Below are positions 1-7,815 of a DNA stretch of 64,000 nucleotides, piece after piece (positions within the stretch are counted from its first letter, which is position 1; every line of letters starts with the position of its first letter). The translations under genes and the position numbers were made by a program. Source of the DNA: Minisyncoccota bacterium. GTDB lineage: Bacteria > Patescibacteriota > Minisyncoccia > UBA6257 > XYB1-36-10. The notes below the pieces were generated by a model, which was not told the origin of the DNA, did no database searches, and was given only the letters and a program-made list of their open reading frames with translations. The stretch covers positions 151,713 to 215,712 of the forward strand of contig JBAZJH010000001.1 in assembly GCA_041651415.1 (NCBI GenBank). Reading direction: 5' to 3'.

Positions 1-2
1 AA

Positions 3-299
3 GTTAGGCAGTTTATAAACCAAGACATTCGGCCGGAGAGATTAGAGATATTAGAAGAGAGCGACACGGTTGGACTACAGGATATTTGGGACGCTATTTG
101 GGAATATAATAATGGGATATATAAAACTCTCTTAAAATCCTATCAGGACGATAAAAGCCAGGAACCGGAAGACCAAATCTTTTCCTCTCTTTTAAGGATT
201 CATAAAGAGGATGAGGACGGCCGGAAAGTTCGCCGAAATATAACAGACGCAAACGAGTTATCCGCTCATTCATTTATTTGTGGCGGATTTTTAACATGA
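3..299 (+). CDS. Hypothetical protein, 3' part (5' end outside window)
   Basis: Open frame from window start (VRQFINQDIRPERLE...GGFLT*) to TGA at 297-299, overlapping next ATG (ATGA coupling). Confidence 0.6.
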   Translation, partial: VRQFINQDIRPERLEILEESDTVGLQDIWDAIWEYNNGIYKTLLKSYQDDKSQEPEDQIFSSLLRIHKEDEDGRKVRRNITDANELSAHSFICGGFLT

Positions 300-442
300 A
301 AATTACTATCCCAAAAGAATACAGAGACCACTTTAAGGAAAATATAATTTATATAATGAGATTTTGGATGAAAGGCAAAAAGGTTCTGCTTTTGATGAAT
401 AAAGAAGAAAAGTGTAAGTTTTATAAAGCAATGGAAGAATAA
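296..442 (+). CDS. Small hypothetical protein (48 aa)
   Basis: ATGA overlap with previous stop; MKITIPKEYRDHFKENIIYIMRFW...; below ORF-track cutoff. Confidence 0.4.
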   Translation: MKITIPKEYRDHFKENIIYIMRFWMKGKKVLLLMNKEEKCKFYKAMEE

Positions 443-650
443 GAGGAGAAACCGGAAAATCACGCTTTTTTCAGACTTGTAAAAGCAGGCGTTATAGAAA
501 CCGATATTGAGGTAATAAAGATGATAAGATAGATGTTATTGAGGCCTTTTGGAAGCATTTAGAGGGCAAAAAACGAGTACTTAAGAAGGATGATTGCCGG
601 GGGTTTATTTACTTTAATAAGACAGCATAAATCCTGGTATAATACAGGTA

Positions 651-1250
651 ATGAGAAGAGGTAGAGCATACAGATTAGGTATGATTGTAAAGAAAAATGG
701 CGTGAAGCAACGCAGTGATTTAACGCTAACTAAAGAAATCGCTACTACTTTAAGGGAAATGGTGTTGGCCGGCGAGAGTTTATATCAAAAAGGCGGTAAA
801 ATAAACCTTTTTTCAAAAGATGGAGAGAAAATAGCACTGTCAGTTGGAACGCTTAACGCATGGATTTTGAGGCGAAATATCGTGCCTGGTATTGGAGTTA
901 GCTTAAAGGATTATTTAGACAAGACGAGAGTTGAAAGAAGGGTAATAAAGATGAGAAAACAGCAAGAGGAGATGTGGGAGAAGGGACAGAATAATTTAGA
1001 GAAAGCATTAAGCATGCGTACTAATTTGCCGGTATTTAATAAGTTTGGGCAAGTGGTAAGAGATGAAGATGGAAATATTGTGCGGAGAGAAAATCCTAAC
1101 CTCTTGAAAATACAGTTAGATGCGGCGAAGTTTGTGTTGGAAAGGCTTAACTCGGAGAATTATGGGAAGAGAACAAAAATTAAAGACAAACATTTGGCGT
1201 TTTCATTGGCGGATTTTCGCCGGGAGGCAAAAAAGTATGAGGAGGAGTAA
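651..1250 (+). CDS. Terminase small subunit-like protein (Sf6 gp1-like)
   Basis: N-terminal HTH-like segment (GESL...GTLNAW) and C-terminal KIQLDAAKFVLERLNSENYGKR resembling the Sf6-type TerS motif (R.DTRKW...KL.PKKYG); TGgTATAAT 7 nt before ATG. Confidence 0.6.
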   Translation: MRRGRAYRLGMIVKKNGVKQRSDLTLTKEIATTLREMVLAGESLYQKGGKINLFSKDGEKIALSVGTLNAWILRRNIVPGIGVSLKDYLDKTRVERRVIKMRKQQEEMWEKGQNNLEKALSMRTNLPVFNKFGQVVRDEDGNIVRRENPNLLKIQLDAAKFVLERLNSENYGKRTKIKDKHLAFSLADFRREAKKYEEE

Positions 1251-1355
1251 AAATAAAGTTTAGTAGATTAAGAAGTTATCCACCTAACAAAAATATATAA
1301 ATACTTTATAATTTAAGTGTAGTCGTAGCTACCCCAAAAGGAGTAGCTACATCCA

Positions 1356-1472
1356 TTAGTTAGGCGTGGAACGGCGGTGCGGTTTAACCCTCTTGCCTTT
1401 CCTTACATAACTTCTTACGGGAACAATTTTTTGTTTTTGCTTCCCATAAGCAGATGTTTTTGTTTTTGCCAT
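1356..1472 (-). CDS. Small basic protein, 38 aa (MAKTKTSAYGKQKQKIVPVRSYVRKGKRVKPHRRSTPN)
   Basis: Contains V.V..Y.R.G..V..H.R..P beta-hairpin-type motif; upstream promoter TTGACG(1654-1659)-16-TATAAT(1632-1637) on minus strand; hairpin 1325-1350 just after stop. Confidence 0.7.
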   Translation of the reverse strand: MAKTKTSAYGKQKQKIVPVRSYVRKGKRVKPHRRSTPN

Positions 1473-1734
1473 TTTATAAATAAAAATGGTTTTTAATACG
1501 ACCTTTAATGGCGTGTTTTACTCACGCCAAGTTGTCAAGCGATGTTGTAAAATACCCAAGTCGTATTTGCTATTTCCTAAATGAGATAGCTGCGACCATA
1601 CTCAAAGAACAGAAAACCTATAATTAAAGTAATTATAGGTTTTTATTTTATAGCGTCAATAAAAGTGCGCTTTTTTAGCTTGAAATACTGCTTAAAAAAT
1701 GGGATAATTTGCTTGATTTAAGAATAAAAATGAT

Positions 1735-3522
1735 ATGAAAATGCTTTTCAAAGAGGCGGATTATAACTTGAACAGGTTGATTGAGAATATCAATGCCGGT
1801 GAAATTGGATTGCCTGATATTCAAAGGCCTTTTATTTGGAAAGATGTTAAGGTTAGAAACTTATTTGATAGTATGTATCGGGGTTATCCGATAGGATATT
1901 TGCTTTTTTGGGGAAACTTTCAACAGGAAAACACAAGAACGATAGGTAGTAACGAAGAAATGCATCGCCCCCCGCGTCTTTTAATTGTGGACGGCCAGCA
2001 ACGATTAACTTCTCTCTTCGCGGTCATAAAAGGAAAAGAAGTAGTGAGAGAAAATTATGAGAAAGAAAGAATAATAATCGCTTTTCATCCTTTAGAAGAA
2101 AAGTTTGAAGTGCCAGACGCGGCTATTAGAAATAATCCCGAATATATACAGGATATTTCTCTTATTTGGAATACGGAGAATATACATGGATTTATTACTA
2201 AACATATTAATAAGTTAAAAGAAGTAAGAGAGCTAACCAGTGAGGAGGAGAGTAAAATTGCTAATAATATAGGCAACTTACATGGTTTACTTCATTTTCA
2301 GTTTTCTGTCTTAGAAATTGACGCTACAGCTACAGAAGAAGAAGTGGCCGAGATATTTGTTCGTATCAATAGCGAAGGCAAACACTTAAAAGAGCCGGAC
2401 TTTATTTTGACTTTAATGTCGGTTTTTTGGGATGAGGGAAGGATGGAGTTAGAGAAGTTTTCTCGCGCTTCTCAAGTGCCTTCGGAAGGCATAGCTACGG
2501 CTTTTAACTATATTTTTCAACCAAAGCCAGACCAAGTGCTTAGGGTAGCTATTGGGCTGGGATTTAAGCGGGCACGAATGAAATACGCTTATAGTATTTT
2601 AAGAGGTAAAGACTTGAAAACGGAAAAGTTTAGCGAAGAACTACGAGTAGAGCAGTTTGAGGTGCTTAAAAACGCCCAGGACAAGGTTTTAGACCTTAAT
2701 AACTGGCACGAGTTCCTAAAGTCCTTAAAAGAAGCCGGATATACCCGCCAGGCGCTTGTTAGTTCAGCTTACAGTGTTATGTATTCCTATATTATATTTT
2801 TAATAGGAAAATATGAGTTTGAAGTTGAGCCGGCTGTTTTACGGAGATTAACTGCTCGTTGGTTTTTCTTTTCTTCTTTGACAGGGCGATATACGGGTTC
2901 AGCAGAAACCCAAATGGAAGAGGACTTAAATGCTATTGAAAAAGGGAAATCTCTTTATGGAGTATCTGAATATGGAACTATAAAAAATGGTGGAGAAACT
3001 TTAGAACAAATAATAAATCACATTATCGGAACAGAAATTACATCTGATTATTGGAGTATAACTTTACCGACCAGTGGGTTAGTTAGCGGTTCAGCACGCA
3101 GTCCGGCTATGCTTGCTTATTATGCCTCTCTAAATATTCTTGGCGCGAAGGTTCTTTTTTCTGACTTAACTACTATTCAGTTGATGGAAAATGGAGTAAC
3201 CGAAAAGCGTTCGGCTTTGGAAAGACATCATCTTTTCCCGCGAAAATATCTGAAGAAGATAGGAATTAAAGATTTTAATGAAATAAACCAGGTGGCTAAT
3301 TACGCTTTAATAGAGTGGGGAGATAATAATGATATAAGCGACCAATCTCCAAGTGAGTATTTGCCGATTTATTTGCCACGTCTTGGAGAGGATAAGGAAA
3401 AATGTTATTACTGGCATGCTTTGCCGGAGAATTGGGAACAGATGGAATACTCAAAGTTTTTAGAGGAACGCCGCAAGAAAATGGCGGTGGTTATAAAGGA
3501 CGCTTTTGAGAAATTAAAATAA
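1735..3522 (+). CDS. GmrSD-family (DUF262 + C-terminal HNH/DUF1524) type IV modification-dependent restriction endonuclease
   Basis: LPDIQRPFIW, DGQQRLT and F.RINS.G DUF262 motifs; ERHHLFP...N..N HNH-type motif. Confidence 0.85.
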   Translation: MKMLFKEADYNLNRLIENINAGEIGLPDIQRPFIWKDVKVRNLFDSMYRGYPIGYLLFWGNFQQENTRTIGSNEEMHRPPRLLIVDGQQRLTSLFAVIKGKEVVRENYEKERIIIAFHPLEEKFEVPDAAIRNNPEYIQDISLIWNTENIHGFITKHINKLKEVRELTSEEESKIANNIGNLHGLLHFQFSVLEIDATATEEEVAEIFVRINSEGKHLKEPDFILTLMSVFWDEGRMELEKFSRASQVPSEGIATAFNYIFQPKPDQVLRVAIGLGFKRARMKYAYSILRGKDLKTEKFSEELRVEQFEVLKNAQDKVLDLNNWHEFLKSLKEAGYTRQALVSSAYSVMYSYIIFLIGKYEFEVEPAVLRRLTARWFFFSSLTGRYTGSAETQMEEDLNAIEKGKSLYGVSEYGTIKNGGETLEQIINHIIGTEITSDYWSITLPTSGLVSGSARSPAMLAYYASLNILGAKVLFSDLTTIQLMENGVTEKRSALERHHLFPRKYLKKIGIKDFNEINQVANYALIEWGDNNDISDQSPSEYLPIYLPRLGEDKEKCYYWHALPENWEQMEYSKFLEERRKKMAVVIKDAFEKLK

Positions 3523-3527
3523 TTAAG

Positions 3528-4322
3528 ATGTATTTTAGTAAAAGAAATAATTATCAGATTGAGTATTCCGGGTATGAAGATGCATCACCTAATCTAAGGA
3601 AGCGACTGGCTTATGTCATAAATAAGTATCATGACGCTAATAATAATTTTATTTCTTCTGAAATGATTGCGTCTCTTGTGGATTTTGATGAGTTTCAACA
3701 TCAGGTTAAAAAGCATTTAGTTATAGATAACCCATTGGATGTTATAGACTATTACCCATTTAATATGGTTTTTGATGTGGTAGAGATATATTGGGATTTA
3801 GCAAAAGAAGTATCGTCAAAGATGGATATATATACAGAATTAAGACAAGTATTTATTTTATCTGGCTCAGTTTATCAAATTAATGGGGGGACAGGAAAAA
3901 TTGAATTAATCCCAGATGAAGAACTTGCTAAAAAAATAAATGAAACTCAAGAAGTATTTAGGGAGCAGTATGAGGTATACAAGTTATTTTCGGAAGCAGT
4001 AGGAAATCTTTTTAGCAGAAAAACAGAACCGAAAAATGTTGTAAGAGATATTTATATTGCTGCAGAAAAATATCTAAAAGCCGTGACTGGAGAAGCTCAA
4101 TATTCAAATGCTATTAAAAGAATAAATAAATCAAATATTATAAATAGTGAACAAAAATCAATAATGGAGAAACTTTATGCTTTTCGCTCTAATACACAGG
4201 GAACTTCTCATGCCGGCTCTTCTCCTGAACCAAATGAAAAGGATGCTGTATGGTTTTTGGATACTATGGCAGCACAATTAAGGAACATAGAAAAACAAAT
4301 AAAAGAAAAAAAGATTAGCTAA
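3528..4322 (+). CDS. AbiJ-like abortive infection protein (N-terminal FSKR domain + HEPN-like C-terminus)
   Basis: Starts MYFSKR as in AbiJ_NTD4; C-terminal KLYAFRSNTQGTSHA resembles AbiJ HEPN motif; operonic with GmrSD. Confidence 0.55.
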   Translation: MYFSKRNNYQIEYSGYEDASPNLRKRLAYVINKYHDANNNFISSEMIASLVDFDEFQHQVKKHLVIDNPLDVIDYYPFNMVFDVVEIYWDLAKEVSSKMDIYTELRQVFILSGSVYQINGGTGKIELIPDEELAKKINETQEVFREQYEVYKLFSEAVGNLFSRKTEPKNVVRDIYIAAEKYLKAVTGEAQYSNAIKRINKSNIINSEQKSIMEKLYAFRSNTQGTSHAGSSPEPNEKDAVWFLDTMAAQLRNIEKQIKEKKIS

Positions 4323-4323
4323 A

Positions 4324-4704
4324 ATGACAGAAGTAAATCAAAAAAGAATATGTCAAGAGTGTGGTAATGAGATGGTGGATGTTAATTATTGTAATTACTG
4401 CAATAAGAGAGTTATTAGCAATTTACATGTTTTTATATCAGAAAATATAGAGATAAGTGAGGCATATAAAGGAAAGGTGCGAGAAGGGCAGGTTGGAGAA
4501 GTAAAGCCACATTTTGAGTTTTCAGAAAAGGATGAAAAAAGTGGAGACTCGCGTTTGACTAAAGGAGTTCATATTTCAATAGCTATAGATAGAAAAAATA
4601 ATAAATATCGTCAAGTTGTTAAGGATAAAAGAACTGGAAAGATTTTACATAAAGAGAGTGAGCCACTCACAGAACATCGCTCTAAAAAATTAAATGATTT
4701 CTAA
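4324..4704 (+). CDS. Zinc-ribbon hypothetical protein
   Basis: CQEC...CNYC; C-terminal DRKNNKY...TGKILHKESEPLTEH; coupled to neighbours. Confidence 0.7.
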   Translation: MTEVNQKRICQECGNEMVDVNYCNYCNKRVISNLHVFISENIEISEAYKGKVREGQVGEVKPHFEFSEKDEKSGDSRLTKGVHISIAIDRKNNKYRQVVKDKRTGKILHKESEPLTEHRSKKLNDF

Positions 4705-4906
4705 AAAAGAGTTAGAGAAATATAAAGCGATTTATAGGAAACACTACAGCAAGGAGATTTCCGACCAAGAAGCGCTGGAACAAGGCATAAAACTTATTCG
4801 TCTCATTGAGTTGGTTTATAAGCCGATAACTAAAGATGAATATAAGAAACTCCAAAAAAGAAGACGAGAAACAGGAGGAGTGGCAAAATGTAATTGGTTT
4901 TTTTGA
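4694..4906 (+). CDS. Small hypothetical protein (70 aa)
   Basis: Overlaps previous stop; helical ELEKYKAIYRKHYSKEISDQEA pattern recalled from CPR integrative elements. Confidence 0.65.
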   Translation: MISKKELEKYKAIYRKHYSKEISDQEALEQGIKLIRLIELVYKPITKDEYKKLQKRRRETGGVAKCNWFF

Positions 4907-4953
4907 CTTATTGATTAAAGTAGATAGGCGAAATAATCCGCATTTATATAAAA

Positions 4954-5646
4954 ATGAAAATGAACTCAAAAGAGAAAATTGAATATATGCTTAATTTAAT
5001 TAGAGAAAAAGCAAAAATTAGCCCTCCAGGGCCTTTTTATATAAGGATAAATCCACTTTTAGATATTGGAAATAATAGAGGTATTCCTGATGAAGCACCG
5101 ATAGTTTTTTCTATTTCAGACCAGATTAGTATTTTAGAAAAGTTTGAAAAGGATGGTTTATTGTTTGGAGTTAATCTTGATGAGGATTATAAAGGGGGGT
5201 GGATTATTTTAGGAAGTTTAGATATAAATGGCGATGATAACCCTTATAACAAAACCGAAGTTGAGGGAATAGATGAAGTCGGCTCTGGTAAGGGAAAACC
5301 ATTCACATCTATCAAAGGAGGGGAGGGATATTTTCAATTTTATAAACAGGGAGAAAAGATACTTATAGGGAAAGAGGATACAAGACATTTTCGCTTACTT
5401 AGAGCTCTATCCGAACCACATTTTGGTGTTCAGAAAAATATTGAGGCTCTTTTTGAGGCAATAAAAACAACTAAAGATAAAAATGATAGTAGTTTATCAG
5501 ACTATTCTTCCCAAAGAGATAGTCGCATATTAGAGATTATTACTAATACTAAAAAAGAACTTCAGAAAAATAAGAAACTGCAAGGTAAGTTAAAGTATCG
5601 TTCTGATAATAAAAAAAGGACAATGTGGCTTGAATTAGAGGGTTAG
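4954..5646 (+). CDS. Hypothetical protein, possible C-terminal winged-helix regulator
   Basis: 230-aa ORF followed by terminator; C-terminal helix-rich basic region ending in a beta-wing-like segment. Confidence 0.65.
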   Translation: MKMNSKEKIEYMLNLIREKAKISPPGPFYIRINPLLDIGNNRGIPDEAPIVFSISDQISILEKFEKDGLLFGVNLDEDYKGGWIILGSLDINGDDNPYNKTEVEGIDEVGSGKGKPFTSIKGGEGYFQFYKQGEKILIGKEDTRHFRLLRALSEPHFGVQKNIEALFEAIKTTKDKNDSSLSDYSSQRDSRILEIITNTKKELQKNKKLQGKLKYRSDNKKRTMWLELEG

Positions 5647-5680
5647 AGAGTAAAAAAACTAAGTTAGATTTCTTTAGTTT

Positions 5681-5708
5681 AGCGGGTTATGCAAAAACCC
5701 GCTTTTTT
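5681..5708 (+). terminator. Rho-independent terminator
   Basis: AGCGGGTT-loop-AACCCGCT followed by T run. Confidence 0.7.
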
Positions 5709-5797
5709 ATTATCTAAAATCGTTATTGTTTTGTCTATTTTCCCTCTCGTTCCCTCTTTCTTTTTGGATATTAGAGGGATTGTTTCAATTAGGGCAA

Positions 5798-6052
5798 ATG
5801 ACAATGAAAAGGGAAAAAAGAATAAATAATTTCAAAACCGCAGACTTGGCGTTGGCTGCGGCGCTTTCTGTTGTCGGATTTCCGGTTGAGGAAATGGAGC
5901 AAATGGACGCGAGAAGGTTTGTATTCATATTTTCTGATAATCCAGAGCTCCAAAAAGAAATAAAGAAATACTGGCTGGGAGAACTAAAGGTCGTTCCGCA
6001 GACCTATTTCAACCAATTAAAAGTGTTGAAGGCGCGGATTTATGAGCGATAA
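5798..6052 (+). CDS. DUF5659-like protein
   Basis: FKTADLALAAAL...FVFIF...YW...LKV.PQ.YFNQLK.LK..IY pattern; ATG at 5798 preferred to the TTG at 5726. Confidence 0.7.
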   Translation: MTMKREKRINNFKTADLALAAALSVVGFPVEEMEQMDARRFVFIFSDNPELQKEIKKYWLGELKVVPQTYFNQLKVLKARIYER

Positions 6053-6058
6053 AGCGTT

Positions 6059-6238
6059 ATGGCGAGGAAAATAAACAAAGATATAGAAATAGAATATGAA
6101 CAAGCTCCGGTAACGCCGGAGAGTGTTGAAAAGTTAAATAGCATCTTTGACTTTATTTTTGAGCTGACGCTGAAGCGCGAATTAGAAAATAATAATAAAA
6201 ATGAAGATGAAAAATGTAATCAAAAAAGAATTAAATAA
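6059..6238 (+). CDS. Small hypothetical protein (59 aa)
   Basis: MARKINKDIEIEYEQAPVTPESVEKLNSIFDFIFE...; fills gap between DUF5659 and helicase. Confidence 0.55.
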   Translation: MARKINKDIEIEYEQAPVTPESVEKLNSIFDFIFELTLKRELENNNKNEDEKCNQKRIK

Positions 6239-7514
6239 AAGGGGAATTATTTATAGAGATGAAAACAGCTTAATCTCTACTTATTGCCCATTTTGTCAGA
6301 ATGAAATGATTTGTCTTCGTATTAACGCTAATACGGGAGATGTTAGTTGTTTTTCTTGTAAAAAAGAAAAGGGTTGGGAAGAGTTTATAGCTAAACTGGA
6401 TGAGAATAAAAAGCAGGAAGAGATATTAAACAAAAAAAGCGTAGAATCAGAAGAAAATAAAAATCAGGAAAGAGAGATAGATAATAAAATGGTTGAGGAG
6501 TTTAAGAAAGAGACTGGTAATAAAGGTAAGTATATGTTTGAGGTTTTAACTGCAGGAGAAATTATTTCTCGCGAATATGAGAGTGAAAAATGGTTGATAA
6601 AAGATATTTTGCCTATGGAAGCGATGATGGTTATTTCCGCTCCGTCAGGAGGATTTAAGACTTTTCTTTCTCAATCTATAGCAATATCTATTTCAAGAGG
6701 CCTTCCGGTATTTGGGCATTATGAGACAATACAAACTCCGGTATTATTTATAGATGAGGAAAATAGCGGAGGAGTAATAAAAAAAAGATTATTATCTTTT
6801 GGTATTGATAAAAATGAGAATAAGATACATTACATAAGTCAGAAAAACTTTAAGGTAGATAAAGGAGATGGCGTAGAAGGAGTTTTAGAAATAGTAAGAG
6901 ATAAAAAAATTAAATTAATTATAATTGACTCATATATTCGTATTCATAGCGTAAGAGAAAATGATTCTTCGGAAATGGCTAAAGTGAGTGAAAAGTTGAG
7001 ATTATTTAGTAAGGCAGGTATAGCAGTTATCTTAATACACCATCATAAGAAAAGTAATGGCCATAACTGGGATAATATGGGAGATGATATTATGCGTGGC
7101 TCTTCAGATATTGCGGCTTCTGTAGATACCCACTTGATAATTAAATCAAATAAAAATAACAATTTTTTAACCCTGAAAGCTGGTAAGTTTAGATATTCTG
7201 CTCCTATTTCTGATGCGAAGATTGAAATAATAAAATCTGGTGAAGAAATAATAGAGTTTAGGTATGCAGGAGAAAGTAAAGAGAAAGCAGAAGAGAAATA
7301 TGATGAAGCAATAGAGGAAATAAGAAACTTATTTAATGATGAGGAAAAAAAGAGTAGAGAAGAAATACATAAAACTTTAAGGGAAGCCTTTGGTTTTGGG
7401 AGAGATGTTATTGATAGCGCTGTTAAAGAGGCCGTAAATAGAAAAATTATAGAAAGAGTAAAAAAGGAAGGTCAGAAAGGAAATAAGGCATTCTATCGTT
7501 TAATTGGCGACTAA
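6201..7514 (+). CDS. Zn-finger + AAA_25 (RepA/SF4-like) replicative helicase
   Basis: CPFC...CFSC primase-type zinc finger; Walker A APSGGFKT, LFIDEEN, IIIDS, IHHHKK, MRGSS motifs. Confidence 0.85.
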   Translation: MKMKNVIKKELNKRGIIYRDENSLISTYCPFCQNEMICLRINANTGDVSCFSCKKEKGWEEFIAKLDENKKQEEILNKKSVESEENKNQEREIDNKMVEEFKKETGNKGKYMFEVLTAGEIISREYESEKWLIKDILPMEAMMVISAPSGGFKTFLSQSIAISISRGLPVFGHYETIQTPVLFIDEENSGGVIKKRLLSFGIDKNENKIHYISQKNFKVDKGDGVEGVLEIVRDKKIKLIIIDSYIRIHSVRENDSSEMAKVSEKLRLFSKAGIAVILIHHHKKSNGHNWDNMGDDIMRGSSDIAASVDTHLIIKSNKNNNFLTLKAGKFRYSAPISDAKIEIIKSGEEIIEFRYAGESKEKAEEKYDEAIEEIRNLFNDEEKKSREEIHKTLREAFGFGRDVIDSAVKEAVNRKIIERVKKEGQKGNKAFYRLIGD

Positions 7515-7517
7515 TTT

Positions 7518-7567
7518 TAACTTCCTAACTTTCTAAACTATATATATGTCAGGAAACCAGGAAGTTA
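7518..7567. other. Putative replication origin of the element
   Basis: TAACTTCCT...AGGAAGTTA inverted repeats (doubled, imperfect) around a TATATATAT core directly after the helicase stop. Confidence 0.4.
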
Positions 7568-7631
7568 TATTAAAAAAAGAAAAAAGTTTTCTACTGGACA
7601 ATTAGGAATAACTTGGAATATAATAAAGATA

Positions 7632-7808
7632 ATGAAATACTTTACTAAAGAAGAAATCGCAAAGGAGTTAATGGTTCACCCTAAAACAGTGGAAAGATGG
7701 CTTAAAAGGAGATTATTAAGAGGATATAAGTTAGGAGACGGTAAAACGGCGCTTTGGCGTATTCCCAAAGAAGAACTAAAAAGGTTTTTAGAAAAACATA
7801 AAAATTAA
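7632..7808 (+). CDS. Excisionase-like HTH_17 DNA-binding protein (58 aa)
   Basis: MKYFTKEEIAKELMVHPKTVERWLKRGLLRGYKLGDGKTALWRIPKEEL; directly upstream of recombinase; missed by ORF track. Confidence 0.85.
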   Translation: MKYFTKEEIAKELMVHPKTVERWLKRRLLRGYKLGDGKTALWRIPKEELKRFLEKHKN

Positions 7809-7815
7809 AATAAAT

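Noticed and set aside
1317-1601. tmRNA, retron msr-msd or tRNA-like gene
   Set aside because: No T-arm or CCA end and no reverse transcriptase nearby; a coding frame with promoter on the minus strand explains it better
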